Of a stretch of DNA of 64,000 nucleotides, positions 17,325 to 27,931 are shown in pieces; the stretch's first letter is position 1; every line of letters starts with the position of its first letter. The stretch is from an uncultured delta proteobacterium (GTDB lineage Bacteria > Desulfobacterota > Binatia > UBA9968), in assembly GCA_963727625.1 (NCBI GenBank), contig CAVSHR010000004.1:1344001-1408000 (forward strand). The letters are read 5' to 3'. The notes under the pieces were generated by a model. That model saw nothing but the letters and a program-made list of their open reading frames with translations. It was not told where the DNA came from and did no database searches. A program made the position numbers and the translations under genes.

Positions 17325-17699
17325 TTCGTCGAGGACGTTCATCGAACGGTCGACGAACGAGAGGAGACACGGACTGTAAGGATCGCGATGGGAGATGTCG
17401 TTCAGGAGATTGCGCGGGGGAGCCGGAGTGTCCGAGAGTGTGGTGCTCAACAAGGGACGTGGTCGGCTTGGGAGCCCCGGCTCAGGGCCGAGGCGGCGTA
17501 TGTGGGGCGGGAACTGGGAGGAATTAGTTTGACGCAGGCTGCGCAGTATTTGGGGCGAGATCTGAGCACGATGTCGTTAGCGCTAACGCGTTTGGAGAAT
17601 GAGCTGGGAAGCGACGGCGAAAAGCGCAAGCGCCTGGACTCTCTTTGCGTCCGGCTGCGACAAGGGAGAAGGCGCAAATATCAAATAAGCAAAGCCTGA
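17325..17699 (+). pseudogene. C-terminal remnant of a Y1/RAYT-like transposase with a DnaA-C-like HTH
   Basis: FVEDVH..RAEAAYVGRELGGISLTQAAQYLGRDLSTMSLALTRLE..KYQISKA; no N-terminal catalytic domain. Confidence 0.55.
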
Positions 17700-18060
17700 C
17701 ACCTGGTCCCGATTAATTTTTCAGGACGCTGCGCGATCAATACGCAACGCCCGGAACAGTTATAACAAAGCCCAGCTGCGGTTGGTTAATGGAGAAAGCA
17801 GACTTTCGAGGTCGCGGGCATGAGGAATGCGGTTGGGTCGCGAATCATGTAGAAATCTAAGGCGCAATAACCGGCTAGATCGCGCTTACACCCGACCATC
17901 GATAGGATCGGCTCGCGCATGGGTGTGGGCGATGGATAAGGCGTGTGATCCCTCGAGCCGATTGAGCTCCACCTCGAGCACGAAATCGGTGTTGACCATC
18001 AAGCACCGGGGCCCGACAGAAATCGCCGGCGCCTACCGGATCCGCCAGGGGTACAGGAGG

Positions 18061-19494
18061 TCAGTCGACCTTCTTGAAATCAGCGATTTTGATTTCGTGC
18101 TTTTTCAGCAGGTCATAAAAGTCCGCTCGATATTTACCGGCCATTTCCGCAGCTCGAGCGGCTTTTCCGCCACATAGCTCCAAGACCCGAATGAGATAGT
18201 CGCGCTCGAATTCAGCGCGAGCCTGCTTCAAGGTTTTTTGCGAGTCGCGCGTTGGCAGGAGGTGGGACTGGTCCGACGCTCCGTTACCCGGGAAGCCGGA
18301 CGGCGTCTTGACCTGCAAAACCAGGTCATCCGTCACGACTTCTTTCTGGGTCATGGTGACGGCAAATTCCAAGGTGTTTTCCAACTCCCGCACATTGCCC
18401 GGCCAATCATGTTGCATCAACTTTTGCATCGCGGCGGGGGTCAGGCCGCTCACCGGTTTCTTCATCTGCCGAGAGATCTTCTTCAACAGATGTTCGACCA
18501 AATAGGGGATATCTTCGGCGCGCTCTTTCAGAGGCGGCAAAACGATCGGAATGACATGAATCCGATAAAATAGGTCCTCGCGAAAGCGATCCTGTCGCAC
18601 TTCTTCCACCAGGTTTTTCTTAGTCGCAACGACGATTCTAACGTCGACTTGAACCGGTTTTTCGCCGCCCACGGGATAAAACTGGCGTTCCTCAAGGGCG
18701 CGCAAGAGCTTAACTTGAATCGACAGGGGCATGTCGCCGATCTCGTCCAAAAATAGCGTCCCGCCATTGGCCTGGGTAAATAGCCCTTTGGTGCTTCGCA
18801 CGGCTCCGGTAAAGGCCCCCTTTTCATGTCCAAATAACTCGCTCTCGAGGAGATTCTCGGGAATTGCCGCGCAATTGATCGCGACAAAGGGTCCATCTTT
18901 GCGATTGCTCTGCAAATGGATCGCCTTGGCGATCAATTCTTTGCCCGTGCCGCTTTCGCCATGAATGTAAACCGTCGAGTCTGTCATTGCGATGCGTGTT
19001 ACGGCCTCGAGCACCCTCTGCATCTTCTCGCTCTTCGCGACGATGTTGGCGAAATCGTATTTCTCCTTGAGCATGCCCCTCAGCCGTTGATTTTCAAAAA
19101 CAAGCTTGCAGCTGTCCAGGGCCCGGCTCACCTGCAAGACCAGCTCATGGGGGTCGAAAGGTTTTGTCAGGTAGGTGTAAGCGCCGCGCGTCATCGCCTC
19201 GACCGCGCCTTCGACGCTGGCATGGCCGGTGAGAATGATGACCGGCATACCCGGCTGGAGCGCATGCAACCGCTCCATGAGTGTCATGCCATCCTGGTCG
19301 GCGAGGCGCAGGTCGACGATCGACAAATCGAATTCGCCGGTCTTGGCGATGCTCAATGCCTCCTCGCCATCCAAGGCAATGCTCACCGCGCAATTCGCAG
19401 CGCTCAGTTTTGCTTTGACAAGTTCGAGTAGATTTTGATCGTCGTCCACCACGAGAATGTTTGCCGTTGACATGAGGTTTCCCTCTTTTTTCAT
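18061..19494 (-). CDS. Sigma-54-dependent response regulator (NtrC family: REC-AAA-HTH)
   Basis: REC domain; GESGTGKE; GAFTGA; LFLDEIG; WPGNVRELEN. Confidence 0.96.
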   Translation of the reverse strand: MKKEGNLMSTANILVVDDDQNLLELVKAKLSAANCAVSIALDGEEALSIAKTGEFDLSIVDLRLADQDGMTLMERLHALQPGMPVIILTGHASVEGAVEAMTRGAYTYLTKPFDPHELVLQVSRALDSCKLVFENQRLRGMLKEKYDFANIVAKSEKMQRVLEAVTRIAMTDSTVYIHGESGTGKELIAKAIHLQSNRKDGPFVAINCAAIPENLLESELFGHEKGAFTGAVRSTKGLFTQANGGTLFLDEIGDMPLSIQVKLLRALEERQFYPVGGEKPVQVDVRIVVATKKNLVEEVRQDRFREDLFYRIHVIPIVLPPLKERAEDIPYLVEHLLKKISRQMKKPVSGLTPAAMQKLMQHDWPGNVRELENTLEFAVTMTQKEVVTDDLVLQVKTPSGFPGNGASDQSHLLPTRDSQKTLKQARAEFERDYLIRVLELCGGKAARAAEMAGKYRADFYDLLKKHEIKIADFKKVD

Positions 19495-19795
19495 CTCGAT
19501 TTGAGCCTTCCTCAGCTCTGGAAAAACGCTTGAAAACGGTCGGTCAGAGAAGCTGAATCCAATCGATCCGCATCGGCTTCAATCCGGATTAACGCCGCGT
19601 CCAGTGCGCGACCGATCGATGGTTTCCAACCGCGACAAACGAGAAATATTGTCCGCAAGACTTAGAACATCGCATTTTTCTCTGAATCAAGCCGCCGCGG
19701 GTGCAACCTTATCGGTAATGGAAGTCCACTAGCTGCGATGAATCGATTCGGGTCGAAATGGATATTGACGTTTCGTCTCTCATGGGCCTAGTTAA

Positions 19796-19810
19796 TCAAG
19801 CGTCATGCCA
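19796..19810 (-). promoter_or_regulatory. Sigma-54-like promoter upstream of the NtrC-family gene
   Basis: TGGCATGACGCTTGA (one deviation at -12). Confidence 0.45.
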
Positions 19811-19951
19811 ACCGCTAAAAACTTGGAAAATTAGCATTTCCCAACTCTTCTGTTCCGAAGAACCCAGCAATCCCGCCCCCAAGTGAAGGGTTTTCTGCAA
19901 CATGAAGGGAATTCCCTCCCGTCACGACAGTATTGATTGAAGTCGAACGTT

Positions 19952-22714
19952 TTAATGCAGCCCGATCACCGCCTGGGAATTTTCCGCTGGCGGCTCTATG
20001 GGCAACTGAACTATGAACGTTGTTCCGCAACCAGGCTTGCTTGCTACCTCAATTTTACCGCCATGTGATTTCACAATTCGGGCGCAAATGGGCAGCCCCA
20101 GACCCAAGCCGCGCCGTTTCTTCAAAGTAAAAAATGGTTGAAAAATCCTCGGCAAGACATCGGCGTCGATGCCGATACCGGTGTCGCCCACAGTAATGGC
20201 TAGCTGATTGATCGGATCGACGGCCGCCCTGAGTGTCAGAGTACCGCCCTTCGGCATGGCGTCCACGGCATTCAACGCCAGATTCAACAACACTTGCTGC
20301 ATCTGCTGCGCGTCCGCTTGGATCCGCGGCAGTTGATCGGGAATTTCGATAATCGTCTCCACCTGGTTTTTACCGGCGTGCGGCCGGACGAGATCCGCGG
20401 TCTTACGAACGATCTGTTCGATGTCGGTCGAGGCAAACTCGGCGTTCTTCGGACGGCCGAACTCCAGCAGCTCCTGCACCAGTTTTTCGCATCGATTCGC
20501 CTCTTCGACAATGATTTGAACATGGTGGTAATTAGGATCGGAAGGCGCCAGATTCGCCAACAACCCCTGCGCGAAGCCCAGGATAATACCCAGTGGATTG
20601 TTGAACTCATGCGCCATTGAAGCGGTCAGCTCTGCGACTGCGACCAACCGCCCGGACGCCAACAATTGCCGCTCCAATTCCTGTGCTTGATTGCGCAGAT
20701 GTTCTTCGCTTTCGCGCAGCGCCGTCTCCGCCCGCATACGTTCCAAAAATTGACCGATTTCGCCGCTGATGGACTGAATCATTTTCAGTAAATTTTCATC
20801 CGGGTCACGCCCCGCGCCGTCATAAAATTCCAAAACGCCAAGCACCTCGTTACGCATCTTGATCGGAAAGGCAAATCCCGTATGGGAGCTCTGGCTCTCG
20901 CTCAACGAACGCGGCATTGTTTCCACCGCTTTTCCCAGATCCGCCGTCCACTCCGGATGCTCCGTGCTCCATACGCGTCCCGGCAGCCCCCATCCGCGCG
21001 CCAACGCGGGGCGATCATCGTCCGGGATAGCGGTCCAGGCCGGATCATGCCAGGTCTCCGTGCATTCCAGCCGTTGAGAGTTTTTGTTGACCAACCAGAC
21101 AGCGCCGTAGATCCAGTTCCAGCCGCTGCCGATGGTCGCCAGAATCTTTGGCCATGCGGCTTGTCCCGTATCCGATTCTGCGAGCGCCGAGGTCACGGCG
21201 TGCTTCGCCGCGAGGCTGCGGGCGACACGCTTGCGCTCGCTGATATCACGGTTGCATTCCAAAATAATCCGGCTGCCGGTCCGATCGACAATCAATTTAA
21301 AGCGGCTCTCTACCTCGATGAGCTGGCCCGCTTTCGTCGTCTGGCTCAGTTCTCCGTTCCATTGCCCGGTCTCGATCAGCGTCGTTTTAAAACTCTCTCG
21401 GCCGCCGGGAAAATTCGTGGCAAGCAGCTCGTGGCTTATAAACCCGATAGCCTCATCGGCGGAGTAACCGTAAAGCTGCTCCGCGCCGCGATTCCAGTAA
21501 GTGATGCGGCCGTCAAGCTCGCGGGCGAAGATCGCTTCGTTGGCGAGATTTAAAAGATCGGCTTGCCTCTGGAGAAACTCTTCTTGTTTGCGCAGTTCGC
21601 CTTCGACGTGGTCTCGCTCGCTTTCGCGCTCTTGCAGGAGTTGACCCGCCCGTTCCATCTCACGGGCCAGCTCGTCGAGCTCGGCGATTGGGGAGGTCGC
21701 GGGAAATTCTAGAGAACGGCCACGCCCCAAAGCATGCGCTGCCGTCGAAAGCGCCGCGATCGGACGGGCCGCTTGCCGGGCAAAAACGACCGCGACTCCG
21801 AGGCCAAGCAGCAAAAGCAAAACGCCTCCTCCTCCCACTGTGGCCACTGAACCGTACAAAATCGCGTTTATCTCCGAGCTCGGCACCGTCAACGCGATAA
21901 ACCATCCTGAGCGCTGCGAGCGGCTGATTGCGGCGTAAGCGCTGACCCCATCTTCAGTTACGCCGCTCAGGAACTGCTCGCTGGCGAGCGTGTTCATTTT
22001 CGCGAGCAGCGGCGCCACCGGCTGGCCGATAAACTTTTTCGCTTCCTTGCTCCGGGCGATAATGATCCGCTTGGTATCGAACACCGTGCCGAGCCATTCC
22101 TGCGGCACTTTCTGCTTTGCCAGAATCTCTGTGAACACCCGCGGATCGAGGGCCGCCGTGAGGATGTAAATGATGGTGTTCTCCCGCACCACCGGAACGT
22201 GAATATTGATGCCGTCTTCATTGGACCCGGGGCTGGGATAATCGCTGATGACCGGGAGCCGGGTCCGCATCACGGCGTCAAGATTGTCGCGCTCTATCGC
22301 CGCGGATTCTTCAACCAGAGGCTTCGCGATGCTCATCAGGGCGCGTCCCGTCGGATCGAACAAGGTCAGTCTTTTCCAGCTATTCTGTGTGCGAAGAATG
22401 CGCGCAGCAGTCGCGCGGAAAACCTTCACCGCACCCACGTCGAGGGGCTCCGACGTTGCAAGCGCCTCCAGATTGGTAATCGAAGACTCAATTTCCTGAT
22501 CGATGGCGAGTGCCAACGCCCGGGTCGTATCTTCGAAACCGCGCCGTCGATTGGCCTGCTCCTGGCGCGCAAACAAGATCATTATGAAAATCGAAAACAC
22601 CAGTAATGGACCGACTGCGCCGATGATCAAACGAATCAAGAATGAATGCATCGACAGCCGGCGGCTGAACCAACTGTTCCGTTGTACTCGTGGAGACGCC
22701 ATTAGGATGCTCAA
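19952..22714 (-). CDS. Membrane sensor histidine kinase (Cache-HAMP-PAS-GAF-HisKA-HATPase)
   Basis: Two TM segments; YWNRGAEQLYGY (PAS); GLPGRVW (GAF); AHEFNNPL; NLALNAVDAM; DTGIG; GLGLGL. Confidence 0.95.
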   Translation of the reverse strand: MSILMASPRVQRNSWFSRRLSMHSFLIRLIIGAVGPLLVFSIFIMILFARQEQANRRRGFEDTTRALALAIDQEIESSITNLEALATSEPLDVGAVKVFRATAARILRTQNSWKRLTLFDPTGRALMSIAKPLVEESAAIERDNLDAVMRTRLPVISDYPSPGSNEDGINIHVPVVRENTIIYILTAALDPRVFTEILAKQKVPQEWLGTVFDTKRIIIARSKEAKKFIGQPVAPLLAKMNTLASEQFLSGVTEDGVSAYAAISRSQRSGWFIALTVPSSEINAILYGSVATVGGGGVLLLLLGLGVAVVFARQAARPIAALSTAAHALGRGRSLEFPATSPIAELDELAREMERAGQLLQERESERDHVEGELRKQEEFLQRQADLLNLANEAIFARELDGRITYWNRGAEQLYGYSADEAIGFISHELLATNFPGGRESFKTTLIETGQWNGELSQTTKAGQLIEVESRFKLIVDRTGSRIILECNRDISERKRVARSLAAKHAVTSALAESDTGQAAWPKILATIGSGWNWIYGAVWLVNKNSQRLECTETWHDPAWTAIPDDDRPALARGWGLPGRVWSTEHPEWTADLGKAVETMPRSLSESQSSHTGFAFPIKMRNEVLGVLEFYDGAGRDPDENLLKMIQSISGEIGQFLERMRAETALRESEEHLRNQAQELERQLLASGRLVAVAELTASMAHEFNNPLGIILGFAQGLLANLAPSDPNYHHVQIIVEEANRCEKLVQELLEFGRPKNAEFASTDIEQIVRKTADLVRPHAGKNQVETIIEIPDQLPRIQADAQQMQQVLLNLALNAVDAMPKGGTLTLRAAVDPINQLAITVGDTGIGIDADVLPRIFQPFFTLKKRRGLGLGLPICARIVKSHGGKIEVASKPGCGTTFIVQLPIEPPAENSQAVIGLH

Positions 22715-22764
22715 TTCATCGAGCGACCGGAGTGACTCTCATCACAGCAAAATCTCAGCGCCAT

Positions 22765-23196
22765 TCAGAGAACGAGCCTGATCGCTTCGGCCAGCTCCGG
22801 CAAATCCACCGGTTTGGTCAGGTAACGAACCGCTCCCTTGTCGAAGGCAAGCTTGATCGAAGCTACCGTCGGATATGCCGTCATCATGATCACCTTGATT
22901 TCAGGCGCGCATTGAATCAATTGCTCGAGCAAATCGATGCCGTCCACGTTGCCGAGGCGGACGTCCAGTAAAGCTACTTTGAAAGATTGGCGATCGAGCA
23001 GAGCCAGCGCTTCGTCGGCGCTCGACGCCGTGGCGACAGCGTAACCTCGTTGGCTGAGAAACCAGCGTAGCAGCGTCAGAAAGTTAATTTCGTCGTCAAC
23101 CACTAGAACCGACTCGCGGGCGGCCTCACGTGTGAGATCATTCCGGGTGTCGGCTGTCGCGCGAGAGCACGGCGGTTGGCAATTGATTTTATCCAT
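22765..23196 (-). CDS. Single-domain response regulator
   Basis: VLVVDDE, LLDVRL, MTAY, YLTKP; start chosen at an ATG with RBS. Confidence 0.88.
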   Translation of the reverse strand: MDKINCQPPCSRATADTRNDLTREAARESVLVVDDEINFLTLLRWFLSQRGYAVATASSADEALALLDRQSFKVALLDVRLGNVDGIDLLEQLIQCAPEIKVIMMTAYPTVASIKLAFDKGAVRYLTKPVDLPELAEAIRLVL

Positions 23197-23842
23197 TTCC
23201 TCTGCGGCATCGCGGCCTGCACACGACCGGTCAGGTAGAGGCCTCCTGTTAGCGCGGAACGCCGGCCCTGGCCTGGTTTGCACCTCCGCTCAAGACTCTA
23301 TGGGAATCGAGCATTTCGGAACCACGACGCTCCCGGGACCCGATCCCGGGGAGCATTTCACTGAAGCTCGATCTCATTTGCAGCTCGAAATAATTCATCC
23401 AGTGGGCGAGAACCTTTTCCCGCATCGTAAGTCTAATTTGAGTATAGTCTGAACGAGCTCAACGCTGGTTCAGACGCGTCGATAAATTTGCCGGTAGACA
23501 GTGTCATGGTTCCGAATCTTAACCGATGCCATTGACGACCAATTGAGAGCGGCAGCCATGCGCTTGATAACTGAACTGCCACTTTGCCGCACTATCAGCT
23601 CAGAGGTGAGAAATTCTCTTCTGGCTTCAAATGCGCTGCGTCATTCAACTTGGGATCAAAAGCACTTCTTGTACCAACCGGAGAATCGCCAATTGTTTAG
23701 TTAATACAGCGACTTTGAAGATCGTGTACGACACATCAAACTAGCGGTGAAGGGAATTTCCTCTTTTATGAGACGATTTTTACCGACAGTCCAAGTTTCG
23801 AGACCGCGAACGGAGCCGGCCATTTTTTAAGCCTCGCAGAAG

Positions 23843-24271
23843 TTACTTAGATAGCAGGCCGAAGGATTGGTAGGGTGGGCAACTCGCGAGATATTCCAAA
23901 ATCGCGAGCAGCTGGGATGCCTTCGACTTCCGACTTTTCTGATCGGTCCGGGCGCCATCGAGGGTCTCGGCCGAAGTTGGCATATTTTCAGCCTTTGTCG
24001 CCGATGTTCCCGCAAATCTCACGGCATTCGAGCGCCACGGCCGCGGCCACCGAGGCCTCGGTTGCCTCATGCGCTTCTGCCCGCGGAATTTGGCCATTTT
24101 GCCGTAGCCGGATCCGCCTGGTTTGTTGCCGCCTTCATGAAATTTATGGACTGTAGCCCAGGCGCGGGCTGCAGCCGTTGCCTCGCTGAGGCCGCGCAGT
24201 TTGTAGCCTTTCTCGATATGCCTAGCCTGGCGCTTTTGCTTGTCTGAGTACTTGGATTTATCCCTTGGCAT
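23843..24271 (-). CDS. Small basic stress-associated protein ('plasmid stabilization'-annotated family); C-terminus uncertain
   Basis: MPRDKSKYSDKQKRQARHIEKGY..RAWATVHK..GGSG motif. Confidence 0.6.
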   Translation of the reverse strand: MPRDKSKYSDKQKRQARHIEKGYKLRGLSEATAAARAWATVHKFHEGGNKPGGSGYGKMAKFRGQKRMRQPRPRWPRPWRSNAVRFAGTSATKAENMPTSAETLDGARTDQKSRKSKASQLLAILEYLASCPPYQSFGLLSK

Positions 24272-24334
24272 AGGCACTCCAAACCAGCGCGGCCCTCCAG
24301 CCGCGACGACCGGCGGCATCGCGCATGAGATCGC

Positions 24335-24955
24335 TTACGCGGCCACGTCAATTTGATTGTCGACTCGCTTCACCCCTTCGGTCGCCCGCGCCAATCGTTC
24401 GGCCTCGCTTTTTTGCGCGCGGTCTTTCACTTTGCCGCGCAAGGTTACGTTGCTGTTCACCACATCGACGTCGATCGTGCGCTCTTGGGTCTTCGTGCTG
24501 GCGATCAACTGGGCGACGATCTTACTGTGAATCCATGCGTCCTCAAGCCGGTTGCCGACCTTTTCGCCGAATTCTTTGGCCTTCCGCCATTCTTCCTTGG
24601 CCATCTCCTCCGTGAACTCCTGTCGCGACACATCGGTCGGCCGCACGGTAATGCGATCGTCGATCGTCAAGTCAGTCTGCGCGCTTCGGGCGAGTTCAAG
24701 CGCTTTGGCGCGCAGCGATTCGGATGGAACCGTGCCAGACAGCGTGGCGCGCTTGGCCTGCTCGTCGACATCGACGCTCAAATGGGCGGCGCTCAGCTGT
24801 TCATCAGCGTCGAGACGGGCTTTGATCAGGTGCTCGATATTTGCCGACGATCTTTCCTCGCTCGCGCGCATTTGATTTTCATCCGGCTTCTCGCAACCCA
24901 GAAAAGCGGGGCTCACCGCGAGCACCCCAACCAGTGCCCAAGCAAATGTCTTCAT
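24335..24955 (-). CDS. Dual BON-domain lipoprotein (OsmY-like)
   Basis: Lipobox FLGC; two BON repeats (ATLSGTV; DAWIHSKI..VTLRGKV..EGVKRVDNQI). Confidence 0.88.
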   Translation of the reverse strand: MKTFAWALVGVLAVSPAFLGCEKPDENQMRASEERSSANIEHLIKARLDADEQLSAAHLSVDVDEQAKRATLSGTVPSESLRAKALELARSAQTDLTIDDRITVRPTDVSRQEFTEEMAKEEWRKAKEFGEKVGNRLEDAWIHSKIVAQLIASTKTQERTIDVDVVNSNVTLRGKVKDRAQKSEAERLARATEGVKRVDNQIDVAA

Positions 24956-25057
24956 ACGTCCTCCTTTGTAACGTTGCCGGACACAGGAAAACTTGCCTCC
25001 CGCAATCCTCATCAAACCGGCAGGCATCGATGAAGCTGCCGCTCGTGCAACCATCTG

Positions 25058-25405
25058 CTAGCGCGGCGATTCATCGCGTAGACGCTGATTCTCCCGTCTC
25101 AGTCGCTCGAGCTCGTCGGCATTGCGATCGATCTGTCGCTGCTGTTCATTCTGGGTTTGCTCTTGGCCCATGAGCTGGTCCCCGATCAGCGCGCCGGCGA
25201 GGAGCCCCACCGGGCCGCCGATCAATGCGCCGACGGCGGCATGTCCGACCGTGCTGCCGATAATCGCCCCGCTTCCGGCTCCCAGTCCGGCGCCGATCAG
25301 TCCGCCCTGCTCCCGGGTCGTGAGCGGCGAGCTGCATGACGTTGCCAATAAGCCTGCGAACGCGCAGACTGCGCTCCATTTACTTATTTGCTTGATCGCA
25401 ATCAT
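25058..25405 (-). CDS. Glycine-zipper lipoprotein
   Basis: Lipobox ATSC; GGLIGAGLGAGSGAIIG..GALIG. Confidence 0.8.
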   Translation of the reverse strand: MIAIKQISKWSAVCAFAGLLATSCSSPLTTREQGGLIGAGLGAGSGAIIGSTVGHAAVGALIGGPVGLLAGALIGDQLMGQEQTQNEQQRQIDRNADELERLRRENQRLRDESPR

Positions 25406-25560
25406 ATTTAACCTCCTCGCGTTTTAAACCTTGGGGCCTTTTCGCTCCAAGCGACCGCCGACCCCGACCGGATCGATTGATAAAATTTTTGTGCGTACGT
25501 CGCGCGTATCTGAATCGTTCGACCATCGCCGCCGGACGCCGACAATCCGTCGCCCACCGC

Positions 25561-25728
25561 TCAATGCCAGCGATTCGAGCCCCGTGTGGAACCCAGCAGA
25601 TCGGACAGGATGTAAGCGACCAGGATGTGCGGATGTTTCTCCTCGCGTTCGTCAAGCGCTTCAACCTCTCCGGTCAGTGCAGCGATTAGATCCCCTAGAG
25701 TCGTCTCGACGGTTTCATTGTTAGCCAT
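25561..25728 (-). CDS. 55-aa hypothetical protein (below the ORF-track cutoff)
   Basis: MANNETVETTLGDLIAALTGEVEALDEREEKHPHILVAYILSDLLGSTRGSNRWH; RBS GGAGG; sigma-54 site upstream. Confidence 0.65.
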   Translation of the reverse strand: MANNETVETTLGDLIAALTGEVEALDEREEKHPHILVAYILSDLLGSTRGSNRWH

Positions 25729-25790
25729 GACATTTTCCTCCAGGCATCTTGAGGCCGCGCCTGCCCTCTTCGTGCTGATACGTTAGCAGC

Positions 25791-25805
25791 GCAAGTCCTG
25801 TGCCA
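25791..25805 (-). promoter_or_regulatory. Sigma-54 promoter
   Basis: TGGCACAGGACTTGC, a full match to TGGCAC-N5-TTGC. Confidence 0.75.
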
Positions 25806-25923
25806 CTCCTAAAGGCTTCCGAGACGGTCAACGCAGTTAACTATTTTATTCAGCGAAAATTCGGTGTCGCGCTTCTGTCTGCGAATTTCAGATAGCATGA
25901 TGGCAATGCGCCGATCATCACTG

Positions 25924-26223
25924 CTACCCGGCTGCCACCGGAACCGCGCCGTTATTCTCTTGGCGCGAAACGGCGATGGTATCGTAACCGGGGTCCTCGT
26001 CGACCGCTTCGCTGAACTCGCGCGGATCAAGCCAAAGCTTATTGCCGTCAATACCTCCGCCCGGATAACGGTTATCGAACTGCACTAACCAGTTATTCTG
26101 ACCGCGCTGCTCGAAGCGGACAAGCTGTCCGACCTCGCCGCCGCGCAGCCAATGCTGCTGCGATACTTTTACGTGAACCCCGATGGTGGTTTTTGCTTCG
26201 CATCTGACACCTCCCGCAACCAA
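25924..26223 (-). CDS. Hypothetical protein
   Basis: Globular-looking ORF (HWLRGGEVG..WLVQFD..LWLD); start uncertain; GGGCACGCGGTTTGC at 26264-26278. Confidence 0.45.
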   Translation of the reverse strand: MVAGGVRCEAKTTIGVHVKVSQQHWLRGGEVGQLVRFEQRGQNNWLVQFDNRYPGGGIDGNKLWLDPREFSEAVDEDPGYDTIAVSRQENNGAVPVAAG

Positions 26224-26575
26224 CGCCTGCTTGGGCTCGCGCTGGTCTTAAATAGACATAGGCGCAAACCGCGTGCCCATGGATTCATTGGCGGATCCAA
26301 GTGAAATTTCGTGCGTTTTGGGGATTGGTGGAATTTATCAGCGTCTATTTGCTAGAGATTTTCCTACAGAAAATTCTGGCTTACCCGAAAGCATGGCTCC
26401 ACCGCTTGCGTGGGGTTTTTCTGAATCGACCGCCACATCGCCGGCACAACCCAATGGCCGCTGAATTCATGGGTGAGTGAATAGACACTATCTTCAAAGG
26501 TCGAGCGCGCCAGTCCCCCGCCGCGCGCTGCAATGCAACCGTATGCCCGCGCCCATCGATGCTCGCACCGCCAGG

Positions 26576-26962
26576 CTACGCCGCTCTCCGGCGGCGGCGC
26601 GTTTGGGCCGAAACCCGCTCCACCAGTTCGCTGCCCTCGAACGGCTTGGGGAGAACTTCGGCGTGATGTAGTTTGGTTTCCTCGGCGAGCTCCGCCCGGT
26701 AACGCCCCGGGTCGCCGGTCATGTAGATTGTTTTTATATTTACGTCCTTGCTGCGAATGCGCGTCATGAGATCCAATCCGTTTTCGTCGCCAATACCGAT
26801 ATCCGTAATGATGAGATGGGGTTTGAAACTCGCAAAGGCTCGATAGGCCTCGACGGCACTATTGGCGGTTCGGACAACATAACCTGCAGCCCGAAGGCGC
26901 GCTTCGATCAGCAGGGCGAGGTTAGCGTCGTCATCGACGATCAGGATTTTGATTTTTTTCAT
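26576..26962 (-). CDS. Single-domain response regulator
   Basis: ILIVDDD, IITDIGI, YMTG, LPKPF. Confidence 0.88.
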   Translation of the reverse strand: MKKIKILIVDDDANLALLIEARLRAAGYVVRTANSAVEAYRAFASFKPHLIITDIGIGDENGLDLMTRIRSKDVNIKTIYMTGDPGRYRAELAEETKLHHAEVLPKPFEGSELVERVSAQTRRRRRAA

Positions 26963-27007
26963 TGCATATCCTCCGCTGCCGGGTGAGCGCGCCCATAGGC
27001 GTAACTG

Positions 27008-27022
27008 GCAAACTGCATACCA
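27008..27022 (-). promoter_or_regulatory. Sigma-54 promoter
   Basis: TGGTATGCAGTTTGC about 45 bp before the ATG at 26962. Confidence 0.65.
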
Positions 27023-27292
27023 ACCTGCCCGCTTTGGGTAAACGGGCGATTTTCAACGGCGGAAGAAAACATAGATCCGACCGCCAGGTCGATAGTGGAG
27101 GAAATCCGCTGGTTGAATTGTCTGGCAAAACGGATTGCTGCCGACTTCTCGAGGAATGCTCTTATGCGGGTTTGCGCGGTCAATCGGGAAGACTTCGAAC
27201 GCCCTGAGAACGGAAGAGCCTTGCCACCGCCGATAAGGACGCGCGTGATTTGCAGGTACAGCAACTCCCGCGACCTTGGCGGGATCACTCTT

Positions 27293-27836
27293 TTAAATCT
27301 CGCAGAAGAAGCATGAACCCAGGGCCTCGACCTTCTTTGGGTAAGAACTCGGATCGAGAAACCAAAGCGCCGCAGCGGCGCTGCTCAAAAGCGAGTTGCC
27401 GTCTTGGGGCGTGAAACCGGTGCCGATCACCTCGCGTTTTCCGCGGAGCGCGAGACTTTGCCGCACCATCACCGTCTGATTGAATATGCGACCGAACATC
27501 CCCTGGTTGCGTCCTAAGGAAAACACCGACGCCGAGGACTGCTTGTGGGTCAGCGCGATTCTAGGGTTGGATTTGAGCCTGTGGACGACCTCCTCTAGAG
27601 TCGTCGGCTGTTGGAACGTCAGGCCAAAGTTGAATTTCCCCCGATTTTTTATCGACGCAAAGGCTCGCTCCCCGGCGGGCCAGCGCTAAAATCCTGGATC
27701 GGTCGTTCGACAACGGCGAGCGTTCATGAAATGTGATTTCATCGATCTCGAAAGGCGCGTGAAAATTCAGCAACAGGCCGATCAACGGCTCACCGATGGT
27801 CCCCGTACCGATCACATGAACGATGTTTTTCCGCAT
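27293..27836 (-). pseudogene. Disrupted GAPDH-like Rossmann-fold dehydrogenase
   Basis: VHVIGTGTIGEPLIGL N-terminus and GFTPQDGNSLLSS C-terminus in separate short ORFs; too short for a full enzyme. Confidence 0.5.
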
Positions 27837-27931
27837 CCATCGCCCCCAGTTTCAGTTCCCGGTCGAGCCACGGAACTGCCGACGTCCATGCCCGAGCCGA
27901 CCCCGTCCGCGGGCGCTTTTCGATTGGATAC

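Larger units (their letters stand above)
16997..17327 (+). repeat. 52-bp exact direct repeat (16997-17048 and 17276-17327)
   Basis: GTTGAGAACTTAGCAGTTGCAGACTGTTAACAGCAGACGCTTCGGCGGATTC occurs twice. Confidence 0.92.

Noticed and set aside
16997-17327. CRISPR array
   Set aside because: Only two 52-bp copies separated by an integrase fragment; no cas genes and no regular repeat-spacer array anywhere in the window.
16962-17453. 163-aa ORF as a real gene
   Set aside because: It is a chimera of antisense transposase remnant, repeat, integrase tail, att core and repeat.
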